NCBI GenBank assembly: GCA_951406725.2 | Contig: OX597817.1 | Coordinates: forward strand, 45,632,001-45,696,000 | Source of the DNA: Octopus vulgaris | Lineage: Eukaryota | Reading direction: 5' to 3' | Length of the DNA: 64,000 nucleotides | Part shown: positions 1 to 14,553 of the stretch, piece after piece | Numbering within the stretch: the first letter of the stretch is position 1 | Layout: every line of letters starts with the position of its first letter | The notes under the pieces: generated by a model | The model's input: the letters and a program-made list of their open reading frames with translations, nothing else | Told to the model about the DNA's origin: nothing | The model's database searches: none | Made by a program: the position numbers and the translations under genes

Positions 1-696
1 GAAAACCTCTATAAATGGCTGATAATTGCTCAACATTTTAAAACAGATGTAATACTTACAATGTTTAATAAAATGATGTAGCGTGAATCGATCGTACCAA
101 ATTACCGAAGATATTCTTGTTGCTTACTTTGATTATATATATATATATATATATAATTCTGCAGGAATAGTTGTATATATTAAAGTACTTATAAAGTAAT
201 AAATTGAAGGGTTTTGGACCAAGGTGAGAGAAAAGAGAACTCATTTGTAAATATAGCATAAAATATCGGTGTATATGAGAAGAAAAAGTTTCCTTATTGT
301 TCCTCTCATCAAAGAACGGTAAACAATGAAATAAAGTTGTAAGAATGCTTTTGAATGTATCAGAAGTTTCTTAATTGCTTCGTCTTCGTTGGCGAATTAT
401 TTCGTTCAACCAATATTATTGGAGCTATATTAATTCCTTTTTAAATTTTTGAACATAAGTCATTTATATGTAGCTTTTTTCCTATATATATCTTAGATAA
501 TACAGACCGTATATGCTCTCTCTCTATAACTAGGGAGGAAAAGAGTGAGGGAGGGAAAGAGGAGGGTGAGAGAGAAAGAAAGAGAGATAGAGAGAGAGAG
601 AGACTAATGAGTTAACGATCATTGCTCGGAAGTGTGTACACATATGGAAAGAGCTGGGCCTCTATGAATAAACGCAAGTGTCTATATGTGAATATC

Positions 697-970
697 ACCA
701 TCTTCATCATCATCATTATCGTTTAATGACCGCTTTCCCTACTGGCATGGGTTGGACAGTTTGACTATGGACCAGCAAATCGGGAATCTGCAGCAGACTC
801 CAATCAGATTTTGCAAGGTTTCTACGGCTGGATGTCCTTCCTAACGCCAACCACACCGATAGTGTAGTGGTTGCTATTTATGTGCCACCGGCACGGGAGC
901 CAATCAGGCAGCACTAGCATCGACCGCGCTCATATGGTGCTTTTTACGTACCAGCGGCATGAGTGCCAGT
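697..970 (-). mobile_element. SINE-like fragment with (ATG)n 3' tail
   Basis: Minus strand reads ...ggttggcgttaggaaggacatccagccgtagaaacc...ccaacccatgccagtagggaaagcggtcattaaacgataatgatgatg. This is a metazoan SINE core-like motif followed by a short tandem-repeat tail. Confidence 0.55.
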
Positions 971-981
971 TATGCGATACA

Positions 982-1022
<41 letters not shown>

Positions 1023-1999
1023 ACACATATATATATATATATATATATGCACGCGCACACATATACACACACACAAAATGAGAGAGAGTGATCAGTGAGT
1101 TAACTAGTATTGCAAGGAAGTGTATACATGAACAGAGCCATGTCTTTATAGATAGATGCATGTGTGTACGAGTGGATATACAAGCATGGCTGTGTGGTAA
1201 GAAACTTGCCTCCCAACCACATGGTTCCAGGAGGTTCAGTCCCATAATGAGTTATATGTGTGAAACCCCAACATCTTCGTAAATTATCTGACATACTTCT
1301 CACTTTCTCTGACAATTGGGTGTTATTGGAAGATGAGATGGCTGTTACATACGCTCTCGTTCGCTCGTTATATTGATTTCTTCTAATGTTGCGGAACATC
1401 CTACAACATACGTTAAAGAGATATATACTTGATAAGAATATTACTTGTTTAAGTGGTGTAAAATGACTGCACCCGGAAATTTAACATACGACGATTACCG
1501 CCGAATGACAAATTTCCGGTCATTATATAATCCGTATAACTAGAAAAAAGAAGGTTTCATATTTTCTATTGGTTGGAATAAGAAACGGGTTTAATTACGC
1601 GAAAAGAACGTAGTTTATTACATTGATATCAGTAATATAATGCCAGTTAGATACACGAGTTATGCCGGATACGAAATTAGGGTACTATTAGCATAGTGAT
1701 TCACAATAAAGATCTCATAACACATGGGATCCATAGAGAACACTTGCACAAATCATTCAAGCTATTTTTCAGGTTGTGTTTTAATAGTATTAAAGTATGT
1801 TGGTAATTTCATCATATTAGAGTCAATAATATACACTTTAATGATGTTTCAGTTCTATTTATTAAACCGTATTTCTGTTTAATTTAGTGTTTTACGAATT
1901 AACCGTACTATTCAGCGATAGTTACAAGCGTTGACAATCGAAGCAACCTGAAGTTAAAGCAGCATTTAGAACTTTCAACGTTCAATGGGCAATATAATA

Positions 2000-2572
2000 T
2001 TGGGTTGTACGGAAAGTCCGTGCCGATTTTTAAAGGAAATCCAAGGTCAATAAATACTTGCCATTACATTTTTAATCAAACAAATATGAACCATTTTGTT
2101 GCACAATGCGTCTCCATATTTCCTTTAACTTGAAAATACCCTCTTCCCAGAATTGAGGTGGTTTCATGGCAAAGAATTCATCAAGGTACCTTTATACATC
2201 ATCCAAGGAATTGAAATTTTTAACATTAAGGCTATTCTGCAGAGACCTGAATAAGTGAATAAGTGGACATCCGAATGAACAATATCTGGTGAATATGGAG
2301 AGTGGGGTAACACATCCCAGCCGAGCTGCGGCAATTTTTGTCTGGTTCCCAAGGCATCAAGTGCCGAAAATGAACTTTCTTTTCTTCCATTTTAAAGGCT
2401 TACAGAATTAACACACGTTATGGGAACATAAACCTTCTTCCACGAAAAGATAGCTTAAACTCTACTCTAAATAGAGATGTAGTCAAATCCTATTTTATGG
2501 ACTAAACCATGTTCTAAACTAAGTCGAAATGTAAGCTACTATAAATCGCCTCGAACTTTCCGGACAACCCAA
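2000..2572 (-). mobile_element. Internally deleted mariner transposon
   Basis: TIRs ttgggttgtacggaaagt (2000) and actttccggacaacccaa (2572), flanked by TA on both sides. ORF 2164-2352 gives LGWDVLPHSPYSPDIVHSDVHLF, a degenerate YSPDLAPSD motif. Confidence 0.9.
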
Positions 2573-2865
2573 TATTTTGATTAACATGATAACACACTGA
2601 GTGTAGACGAGATAGCTTTGGTTTCCATAATATACAGGATATTATTGAATGACCATAAATGCTAAAAGGGTCTTCCTGTAGTAAAAAAAAAATGACGTGG
2701 TAAAGACCAACCACCTTAAAAATATAAACACATACAGATTCGAACACATTATAAGCTATACGATATTTTCACGTTGGCAGAGCAAAGAATATTTATCAAA
2801 AAATAAATGTGATGGGATAAAAATGTACTGCACATTTCGTTCAGCGTATATGTACATACTATTTT

Positions 2866-3148
2866 ATGCGCCCATTTCAAGCCTAGCCAGGCTCATGGGC
2901 CCGGCTTTCCGGATTCTGTGGCGTATATATTCCCTCCAGCTGGACGGGACGCCAATCCATCGCATCGTTATTCAAGAAACATGAAGAAAGTGTGAGAAAA
3001 AGTTGAGAATGAGAGAGTACAAAAGAGTACACCAGCAGCTTTAGATATTTTCGCTCAATAAACGCACACAACGCTCGGTCCGGGAATCGAAACCGCGATC
3101 CTCCAACCGCGAGTCCGCTGCTCTAACCACCGGCCATTGCGCTTCCAC
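2866..3148 (-). mobile_element. tRNA-derived SINE (local family C)
   Basis: Shares gcctagccaggctcatggg...gctggacgggacgcca with 7076-7340 and 62598-62852. Minus-strand head carries A-box-like tggccggtggttag and B-box-like ggtttcgattccc. Confidence 0.75.
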
Positions 3149-3245
3149 ATATATATAAATATGGATATATATGAGTGTGTGACATGAATTGTATGTGTCT
3201 ATTTTTACTCATATAATAATAATTAATGTGCATAGGAGAGGGTAC

Positions 3246-3459
3246 TGATTTCAAATTTTGGCACAAGGCCAGCAATTCGGGGAGGGGATATTTCGATTGA
3301 ATAAATCTCAATTATCAAATGGTATTTATTTTATCTACTCCGAAGGGCTGAGAGACAAAGTCGAAGTAGATGGAATTTGAATTCAGAACACGAAGATAGT
3401 CGAGATGTCACTAAGCATTTTTTCCTGGCCGGCTAACGATTTTTTCAACTCGCCGCCTT
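3246..3459 (-). mobile_element. tRNA-derived SINE (local family B, ccttgtgccaaaatttgaaa tail), degenerate
   Basis: Head and core align by eye to 37639-37872; tail matches 35722 and 44592. Confidence 0.65.
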
Positions 3460-4510
3460 GTATATAATAGAAATACGAACCATTCATATCGAAAACCTTA
3501 GTAGGTAGGCGTCCTGCACTATTTTCATATCACTGAATCTATCACAACGAAAATCAAATCGAAGAACGTGCGTTGGATAGAATTCACATATACACACATA
3601 TAAATCTATATTTATTTGTGTATTCATATATATGTATGAGTGTGTGTATTGTGTGCCTATATAAGGTATATGCGTGCTTTCCTAAGTAGAGCAACCGTTT
3701 CCTTTTTTCTTTATACAAAAATGACTTTGTTATATTGGTTGACACGATGAATACTCAATTAATCTTTAAACAAAGAAGATACAATTTAATCACTTTAAAT
3801 CTAAACGAACACAAAAATCGAGACGACCTAGTTCACTTATATTACTCCAAATCAGTTTTCTCACCCAACAGACGAGACAGATTTACCAATATCTTTGTCA
3901 AATTTACCTCAAAAATAAACAAAATTTTCCTGACTGATGATCTGTTTTATCAGCGATAAAACATTTAATATTTTGTCTTTTGATATTTCGAATAACTAGA
4001 AAATGAATGAAAACGAAGATAACCAATTTCAATCAATTACTTTTCAGAAAAATTGCCTGTCAATTCAGATTAACTTTGACCCATACAGACATATTAATAC
4101 ATCACAAGGCTTTACATCATCAGATATATGACATACAAGTGATTTTCACTATCATTAACGCCATACACATACATACATTTTATTTATGTCAACTAAGGTA
4201 GACAACCAGCGGGGTATCAAGGGGTGTGAGTCGAATTATTGAATTTCAAAGAGACAAGTATTAGCAACGACTGACACACGTGTTGTCAAAGTATCAATAT
4301 GATTTATAATGTTTACAACAGATGTCACTGCAGATGAAACTTGTTATATCCGAAATATTATAATATTTAACAAAAAATAAATAATGAAAATGGAAATATA
4401 TCCATTATTGTGGTATTAATTGAGAGTCGAGCATTGTGAAGATGCAAATAATTTTTGTTGTATAAATTCTCTCTCCCTCTTTCTATCTTTCTCTCTCAAT
4501 CTCAGTATAA

Positions 4511-4585
<75 letters not shown>

Positions 4586-4720
4586 CAGGTGGAGAGAGAG
4601 GGAGAGACAGAGCATTAATACAAGAAAAATTATTAGCATCTATGTATAATATGTATAGGTGCTAATAATTTTCGTTGTACAAATGCGCGCTCTCTCACCT
4701 CTATCTCTCTATACACACAG

Positions 4721-4761
<41 letters not shown>

Positions 4762-4793
4762 CATATATATATAAATATATAAATACATATATG

Positions 4794-4868
<75 letters not shown>

Positions 4869-5412
4869 ACATATATATTTGTATGTGTGTGTGAGAGAAT
4901 TTCAATGCTGATGCTAAATGATTTGCATTTACTCACAAGTCCAGCAGATGTAATGGAAGTGTGTTGATGAAAACGATCATCTGCAGCACTCAACTATTAT
5001 TTCAGCGATTTTGAAGGGTTGTAAATCCAAGATGCTGTAGGCGAGATTTCAGCGCAAAAGTTAAAAAGACGAAAGATATAACACAAACCATTTTTCCGAC
5101 GTTCAGTCGATGCTGCTAACTTGACGCTGCTTATAGTGTTCTTCAGTTTTGGAGCTGTACGCATCTGTCGGGTCAAAAGGAATACTTCTTTTGTGACTGC
5201 CAATGCATTGAAACATTCAACAAGAAACAACAGTAACAACAGACGCATTATTTATAATACCAAAAGCATTCTCTTCATATAGCAAGCCTTAATCATAAAT
5301 CTGACCAATGTATATCGTCCACCGTTTTGTTGTGACGAAGGACATTGCCATTGAAATTTAGTAATTTAAAATCAATTTCAAACAGATGTGCTTAATTTTA
5401 TATGTGTGTATG

Positions 5413-5451
<39 letters not shown>

Positions 5452-5540
5452 ATGTATGTTTGTATGTATGTATGTATGTATTCATGTATGTATGTATGCA
5501 TGCATGTCTGTATGTATGTATATATGTATATCTATCTCTC

Positions 5541-5598
<58 letters not shown>

Positions 5599-5619
5599 TG
5601 ATATGTGCATATCTACATA

Positions 5620-5890
5620 TGTGGCTCCTTGTGCAAAAGTCTTCTACTGTAGCCTCGGGCCCACCAAAACCTAGTGGGTGGATTTGATAGGCGGAAACCG
5701 AAGGAAGCCCATCGTGTGTTTACGTGCGTGTCCTCACTTACCACTCCTGCTTGACTACCGCCGTTGGCTTGTTTACGTCCCAATTACCAAGCGGTTTGAC
5801 AAAAAGATAGCTACACGGTATGCACCAGAATAAACTTTTGTGTGACAGTAACCTCAGCATGGCCGTAGTCTAATGACTGCAACAAGTAAA
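5620..5890 (+). mobile_element. Degenerate SINE (local family A)
   Basis: tcttctactgtagcctcgggcc...gtggatttgataggcggaaac...gtttacgtccc...cagcatggccgtagtctaatgactg matches the copies at 61874 and 63375. Confidence 0.65.
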
Positions 5891-7075
5891 TTTGGAAGGA
5901 GAAATCAACGCAAGGAATGGAAATGGAAATTTCAGTAATATTAATTTCGTAATCTTAAATAATTACTAAGCATATTTAGTTTTGTATCTGATCTTGTGCA
6001 ATGCGGAAGCAACTATGGACACACCTTTAACATTATTGAAACTCATCTACGCATATCAATTAATTCATAAAATGATCTTGCAGTGCAGCTATAATAGGAT
6101 TGTATGGGTAAATTGGTACAGAATTTCCGGCTCAATGGACCGAAGTGACATCAGTACTTTGTGCACGCACCCAAAGGACCCATTACTTTAACAAATACAA
6201 GTACGCTACCCGTACTAAATAGGAAATACATGTATACGTTAGAATTACCCTAATGCCACAAATGTCACGCTCAGAATATACATACATAGGTAGATTCGTA
6301 ACTAGGAAGTGAAGTAGGGTAAAAGGTAGGTAGATATATAAGTACGTTGAAAGATTTAGGAGCGTGTGTATGTGCTTGCATGAGATTGTACGTGCGTATC
6401 TAGCTATCAATGTATATGTATCAATGCACTTAATGTATATCACATATTCTTGCATGTTCGTCTTTGTGAAAGAAGGAAAGAGGAGGAGAGAAAAGAGGAA
6501 AATGTAATATTTAAGGATTGTTCACATGACAATGAGTAGTAAATGCATTCCTATTTGGTATTCAAATTCTACGTCTTCACATGAGATATCCAATTAGTCT
6601 ATATTGAAAGTCAAATACAGTGTATCGCTGATTGGTCCTTACAAGTCTGATCCTTCATTAGCAGCGCTAGTTTTGTCGAATTTTACATTTACATATCTAT
6701 ATGGTAATTATAATCCTATTATTCATGCATTCATTCCAGCGTTGCTATTTTGTATTCTTCTTTTAATAAGTTGATTGAAGGCTGTCTTATTTTCTATAGC
6801 AATGAACATAAAACAAACTCTAATTCTTATGTGATGGCATACAATATAATTGCTGATGCAAAGATTCGCACACATATAACCAATTAGAATACACAGCTGC
6901 CATATAAATACTCATAGGCGCATTAAAAAATACTCATAGTCGTTAATATACACTTACACACGAACACCTGATTATATAGCCAAGACCACACGCACATGCA
7001 TATGTAATTAACATATTTTATATGTTTCTGTCATTTCAACTGCGTTCCTGCTTGGGCGACGCTTTGGAGGATTTA

Positions 7076-7340
7076 AAAATAAAAAAAAAATAAATGCTCC
7101 CTTTTAAAGCCTGCCAGGCTCATGGGCACAGTTTCCCGGTTTCTATGGCGTATGTGTTCCCTAGCTGGACGGGACGCTAGTCCATCGCAGCGTTACTCAT
7201 TGTTGTCACTTGAGTGGACTGGAGCAACGTGAAATGAAGTGTTTTGTTCAAGAACACAACGCGTCACCCGGTCCAGGAATCGAAACCACAATCTTACGAT
7301 CATGATGCTGACACCCTAACCACTAAGTCACGAGCCTCCA
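7076..7340 (-). mobile_element. tRNA-derived SINE (family C) with 14-bp TSD
   Basis: TSD ctttggaggattta at 7062-7075 and 7341-7354; closely similar to 62598-62852. Confidence 0.85.
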
Positions 7341-7475
7341 CTTTGGAGGATTTAGAGGTCAAAATTTCCAGTCCTCATTCCTGCACCCAATATTAACTCT
7401 ATAGATTTTATTTTGCAGACAAGTATACAATATAAATATCCATTTATTTGTTAATATACGAATTCATAACTATAT

Positions 7476-7525
<50 letters not shown>

Positions 7526-8728
7526 CTGCATGCATGTAATTAAACAATCTCAGTCATGCAGGGCGCATAGGAATCTGGTCATGCTTTCCCTTTCGAGAAG
7601 CATATTTTGAGAACTATGTATACTAACGTATTGAAGAACATTCATACTCTTTCTCATTCTCACGTTCGTAGCCTAGAGAAAAAACTGCATTCCAAAGCCT
7701 AAGTTTCTTCTTCTTACATGAATATATTTCTTTAGCAGAGAAACAAGAGCTGATTCGCTAGTATGTTCAGCAGCGAAACAAAATGGAATGTTTGCCCCTT
7801 TTGGGAATCCGTACCTGGGTAACTGCATCTAATAAAAGATTATTCACCTGAGTTGCAAATACTAATTCAGCTGCCACGCCTAATGCGAATACAACAGCTT
7901 CTGCTTCACTCACTGAGTTAACGAGGCGGACTTCCATAGATCTAGCTGTGTGGTTAATAAGTATTCATTGCGGTTTTGTGAATAGGGGCCAGTCTTCATG
8001 TGTTGTGCCTTAGATAAGTATCTTCTACGCGAGTCCCGTCCCGACAAATGCCTAGCGAATGAATTTTGTTGACGGCAGTTGTGTGAAAACTCACCAAATA
8101 TATATTTGTGTGTTTTCTGTTTCCACCTTGACAACAGGTCTTAGTTTGTTTACGCCTCTGCAAATTAGCGACGCGACAAAGGTGACGATGAAATAAGTAC
8201 CAACTGCTAAAAAACTATCTTCTGGCGTCCATTTGTAGGACTAAGCCTTCAAAACGGTGCCCCAGCATGGCAACAATGCAATGATTGAAAGAGGTAAAAC
8301 ATCAACTATGGCGTGCTCTCACTGGCATCTGTGCCCACTGTCACACGATGGTATCTAGGAGTTGGATTCTTCGAAACCATAAGATGCACACCAATTTAAA
8401 TTACAGAAATAGCGAAAAATATGGGGTACATGTGTCTTGTATATTTGAAGTCAGATATACGTGCTACACGAATAGAAGAAAGACATATTGGGATTCAGCT
8501 TATGCAGAGTTTAATGTTTCACCTCCAACTCACCAATAATCTACATTTGATCAGCATGTGGTGGGGTTGATGAGTGTAACTTTATGCCGAGTGACTGGTG
8601 TAATTTTATTCGTAATAGAGTGAATCCTGTATAAATACCAATATGCAATCATTTTTCTGTAACAAGAATGAAAATTAGCAAATTACTATTTGTAAATCTC
8701 ACGACGCGAGATATTCACCATTAGTACT

Positions 8729-8944
8729 TTGGAGTAAAGATTGTTTGCCAACATAACATTGCAGTCCTGATTTATGACGAATGTTGCTGTAATTTAGCCC
8801 CAGGAGACATCTTCTCCAGCTAGTTATACGACACGATCGTGTCGTATAATCAGCTGGCGACGATGTCTCCTGGGGCTAAATTACAGCAACATTCGTCATA
8901 AATCAGGACTGCAATGTTATGTTGGCAAACAATCTTTACTCCAA
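8729..8944. repeat. 216-bp near-perfect palindrome without spacer
   Basis: 108-bp arms centred on cga|tcg at 8836/8837; four mismatches, all near the centre. Confidence 0.95.
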
Positions 8945-9506
8945 GAATAAAAGTGCCCGAACATACTAGATAACTTCTCTTGCAACGTTGCAATGCAACA
9001 AGGCTGTGGGTCGACAATGATGAATGAATGATTGTAGAAGTAGTTATAATAAAACTGACACAAGTTGAAAAGGGAAGAATATAAACACTTAAAATATAGT
9101 CTTCGGGAATTCTATTATTTTTAAAAGAAATATAAGTAAGAAAGTTGAAAGTGTTGTTAACAAATACTCTTTAATACTCTCCTTAAAAACATTTCTCCAA
9201 CGACCGTACGCTCAACATATTACCAGATGAATATAGAAGCTGTTGAATAATGATTAATATATTCAAATATTTCGTATCTCTTTTCTTCTCATATTTATTT
9301 TAAAAGAAAATCACAGATGATTTGTATGGCATGTTTGAGTGTTTGTTAAATACTCTTCAATGTACAAATTATAATCACATTCCTGATTTTAATTATCTAT
9401 GTAAAAATAACAGAGGTAAACACAGCACAGATAAATATAGCTGCGTTAATAAATGAGCATGTTTAAACTGGGGTGGGGGATTAACGAAGTTAATTAAAAC
9501 AATCTT

Positions 9507-10130
9507 AACTACAAAAAGTGTTTATTTTAATATTATGTTAATTAAATAAATGGAATTTCTTACAAAGAGGATACAGAGTAAACATTCATTTAATTTGTTT
9601 ATTCATTGCATTTATTTAGAATGTTTATCCAGTGTGTAGAATACTTTCTGCTGTTGTTTCATTTAATTAACTTGTCAGGAATACTTATCAAAAAATGATA
9701 TCGTATACAGTTCTTACGGAATAGAGTTCAATCTGATATATATGTTTTGGTGTAGATTATTTGTTTCATATGCGTATTTCATGGATTTGGAAATGTAATA
9801 AGTGGTGGCCCACAGAAGAACTATCTGCTTATCGTGCCTTTAAAGTAAATAGAAAGGTAAATTTCCTATGGTCAACAAAATCTCGACAAAAGATGTAGTT
9901 TTGTAATATTAATGTATTTTACTTTTGCATCAATATATTATTATTCACGGAACGAAGAAATGGTAAACTACAAAAAGTGTTTATTTTAATATTATGTTAA
10001 TTAAATAAATGGAATTTCTTACAAAGAGGATACAGAGTAAACATTCAGTTAGTTTGTTTATTCATTACATTTATTTAGAATGTTTATCCAGTGTGTAGAA
10101 TACTTTCTGCTGTTGTTTCATTGAATTAAC
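9507..10130 (+). repeat. ~165-bp direct duplication (9507-9671 and 9966-10130)
   Basis: aactacaaaaagtgtttattttaat...ctgttgtttcatt(t/g)aattaac occurs twice with about 4 substitutions. Confidence 0.9.
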
Positions 10131-11194
10131 GCAAATTTCCCGATAACAGTAACCACTCGCTATATCATAGCTCACTTATCATGCCCTCAGTAAATCGTGG
10201 AATATTCTGGCTAATATATATATATATATATAAAATTTATATCGTGAACTCCTTAGTATATCGCGGGTTTCTGCCGCAGATAGGTATTTATATTTTTTTT
10301 AGATCTTAATCATTTCTGTGATAAAATAAGCCTAAACATTAATACATTAATTAATAAAAATAGAGTACAGCACTCTACTGTATAAAACATGAAATAAAAT
10401 AGAATAAAGATAAGTGAAAAATTTTATTAAATCGATAAGCAATTTATTACGAAAATTAGTATTACTTAGTTCTATAAACATAATTATTATAAATAACTGT
10501 GTATTGTGTTTTTACCCCTTCTTTGACCTGTTCTATTTGCGTAAATTGGTATTATTTTTCTAACCTATACCCCACACTGTGCATAGGAATATCCCACCAA
10601 ATACCTCTTTTATTTTATATTTTGGTCTTTTTTTTATCGTCCAATGGTTCTACACGCAACATGACATGATTCTCGCCATATTCAACCTTTCCTTCTTCTT
10701 CACTTGCCTCTTCTTTTATTTATTTATTTTCCACTGTGATGAAACTCCATAAATCAAATCGGTTCTATTACCGGTTCTATTACTATGATAAGTATTCTCT
10801 TAGCATCATAATGGTAATTCCAAAAAAACATTGGCAGATGAAACAGCTGTTAGATGAGATGCCGTATTTTTGTAAATTATTTATATATAATAATTCATGC
10901 AAATCAACTGTTGTTCAGCAATGCCATCTCCATTTTCTGTTTTCTTTACATATATAGATACATACATAGAGGATAAGATCTTCATAAGAATTTATCAAGT
11001 AGTTAGCGTGAAAAACCTCATAAGAGAAAGAAAAAAACAATTACGAAATCACAGTGTGATAGGCGGCTAAATTCTGTTTTTAAATGATCTGCTTCGAGAA
11101 TTGGTTTCGGTACGTGTTTATTTATTTTAGTAGTTTTGACTTTAAGCGTCCCTCCTAGCGTGTGTCATCTATGTGTAAAAGTGCCCTCTATATA

Positions 11195-11227
<33 letters not shown>

Positions 11228-11232
<5 letters not shown>

Positions 11233-12358
11233 CAAATAAAAAAAGAAATATGCATATATATAAACATATATGTACGTACCTACGCATATATGAGTACAGG
11301 ACAATTAACACAAAGAAAAAACCTCTTCTTCAGTCGCTATGGTTTCATCTACTCTATCTTTGACAAGAAACTTTCCTTCCTGCGAAAAGCAAATCAATTG
11401 GTGCCCCAGCATGGCCACAGCTCATAAGCTGAAACTAGAATCAATCAATCAATCAATCAATCATATCTTTTCGCAGAGGGGTAAAAAATGGTAACGAAAA
11501 CAGGACAGTAATGACAGTGCAATTTATAAACAGTAAAAGACAGGACAAGGAAAAACAAGATAAGAAGGGCTGTTAACGCCGAACGAAAAAAAGTATTGCG
11601 AACGCGGATTTTTTTGTGAACGGCGAGCGGAGCAAAAAGAATTGTCGTCCATACCTCGAGAGGGTAAGGGTAGAAAGACAGTAGCGGAAGTCTCTCGCGG
11701 GTCAACGATGGGAGGGGGAGGAGGAGCAAGAGGAAGGGAAAGAAGAAGGGGAATGTTTGTGACGAAACAATGAAGAATGAAGAGGGGGAGAGAGAGAGAG
11801 TGAAGAATGAGAGAGAGGAAGAGACAAGTTAAGTAGAGGAAAAAGAAAATCAAAGAATGAAGGCTGAGAAAGGGATGGGACAGAAAGGTTCAGAGTGCAC
11901 ATCAAAGTTAATATCAAGAACAAAACTTAATATAAGGAACAATCTTACTTAAAAAGGGATGCGTGCGTTTCGTCATATAATATATTAATAAAAAAAAATA
12001 TGCATATATATAAACATATATGTACGTACCTACCTCTACATGTACATATACACGCATGTATGAGTACAGGACACCAAAAAGACGTCGAACACAATGAGAA
12101 ACGAAAACATAGACACAAACCAAAGGAACAGGACATTTTTTTAAACAACAAAAAATAGAGTACAGGACAATTAACACAAAGAAAAAAAACCCTTCTTCAG
12201 TCGCTATGGTTTCATCTACTCTACGTTTCGAAGGTGAAAGCGAGACGTATCTTCGACAAGAAACTTTCATTCTTGCGAAAAGCAAATCAATTAAAATTCT
12301 GAGATCTTTTCGCAGAGGGGTAAAAATGGTAACAAAACCAGGACAGTAACGACAGTAC

Positions 12359-12362
<4 letters not shown>
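11228..12362. mobile_element. Non-coding element with terminal direct repeats between (TA)n tracts (possibly Penelope-derived)
   Basis: 11240-11530 repeats 11990-12362 with internal deletions and a SINE-tail plus (TCAA)n insertion at ~11400-11460. Both ends abut (TA)n. Confidence 0.5.
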
Positions 12363-12411
<49 letters not shown>

Positions 12412-13342
12412 GTACTTATACATATATATGTATATGTATTTATGTGTCGCATACAAACATATACACACACAAATATACGTCAGGTAATCTTGATACAAAA
12501 AATATTACTTAACAGTAGATGATAAATAAGCTCATTGCCAAAAATTTCAATTCGTTATATATCTGTTTATGCGGGGGCTGCAGTAATGTATTTTGTATTA
12601 TAAACATTGTATTGTGCCATCTCGTTACATACTAATTTAGTTCTGGTTCATCCATACTTTGTTTTTGACAGTTAAAAATACTTGAAATGATTTATATCGT
12701 TTTATAAACATTTACAATAAAAAAGTATATTAAAATTCATGAATGTGAGAACATTTACGAACGTGAAGAAAAGGGGGTAGATATGACAAAGTAACTCTAA
12801 AATGAAAAAGAAGCGTTTCTTTTGAATTAAAGTAAAATAATTAGAGAGGGTGTTGATATTTCTGAGCTATAATTAATTACTGAATCATTCTGTTTCAAGG
12901 AAATGAGCTTTGACAATAAAACAATAGGGAGGGCATAAAGTATATTAAATGAGATTTGGAAAATCCATTGCTAAGAATGCTATTCCTGCTAAGCAGTTAA
13001 TCACTTATCAAGTCAATTAACTTGGCCTATGATACTCCAGTTTTTAACCACTTAATGATGGTAAGGAGAAAGTTACCGACAATCCCTTAAGAAGATCCGA
13101 TTAGCAATAAAAACAAATTTAAGCAACATATTTACAATAATATTAGGAAGTCAATCAATTTCCATAAATGAAGTACCATCAGTCCATTGTTAAATCGTTA
13201 GATTCATTAATAAGAAAAACGGTTTAAGTTATTCTATGTTGTCGAAATTTAACGCGCTCTCTGTATTAATATCCCACGATTTGCTACGATATATATCTCA
13301 ACTTCCGTAAAGATTGGTGTAGGTTTGAAACTGAAGCACACA

Positions 13343-13416
<74 letters not shown>

Positions 13417-14553
13417 GTTATGCTATTTCGCTACTTAAGTAACCTCTCTGTCCCTAATGTGTTCAGGGAGTGTATATATATATATATATATATATATACT
13501 TTATTTTAAGCAGCAGAAAATTCAACAAAATCTGTTACTCTGAGAAATGGACTTGTTTGATTGACCCTTTAGAAAAAAACGGTCAATCTTCGAGCGATAA
13601 ACAAAAAGGTCAAAAATATATGTATATATATAAAAACTTATAAAAATTATAAAATCCGAGCAAAAAACCTTACATTGGATAAAATACATATTGACGTTAA
13701 TGAAGAAAGTATAAATTAATGCAATTAAACCTGTTATAAATATTATACTGCAATACATATTTATATTAAGATGTAGATATATATATCAACATACACAAAA
13801 GGATGCGCGCAAACGCCATACATATACAGACGTATGAATATAAATATAAATATACACATAAATGCATGTGTACATATATTCATGCAAACCATCTCGCACG
13901 CAAGTTAAAAATCATCTATGTAGCGATTCTCATATACTGAGTAAGGGGGGGACGAAAGAAAGGAAGAGAGAGAAAAGGAACGAAGGAGGGGTGGGGAAAA
14001 AAACGAAATAAGAAAATATTATGTATACAAGCTGTGTAACGACATTATTGGCATATATGGAGACAAGTATACACACACAAGTTCGAATGGATACATATAC
14101 ATACAGTCGTGTATATGTGTGCTTAAGCACAAACATACTCTCACTTACACATACACAGATACGCATGCTTACAAATACATATCCTTGGCTATACACATAC
14201 TTATATCAACATTCTAATTTTGACAACATTGCTTTTTTAAAAAAACATTGCTTTTTTAAAAAAAAAATGGGTGCATTAATAAAAATATATCCGAATGACA
14301 TATAAAATAAAATATAGCACCCTATTTTGGATCATTTATAAATAATCAAGGTAATATAAATAATCAAGGTAATCCTATACAATACAATAACATGAAAACA
14401 AAGTCGAAGGTTTTTCCTAATGTATATGTAGAAACATAAGACTTTGCTATACGGATTAAGATCCGCATAGCTTGGAAACAAAATCCATCGTAGCGCTCAT
14501 CGTTCAAGAGTCAAAATCAAAATTTCAAGAATCAAAAATACAAAATATATACT

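Noticed and set aside
4930-5250. Possible minus-strand host exon ending at a gtgagt donor
   Set aside because: No recognisable protein; the frame reaching the donor is short; needs RNA-seq.
7735-8010. Complex, moderately GC-rich exon-like segment
   Set aside because: Only short open frames and no recognisable motif on either strand.
12190-12236. Possible type II hammerhead (minus strand ccttcgaaacgta...ctgaagaagg)
   Set aside because: No stem I pairing, and the stem II register is off.
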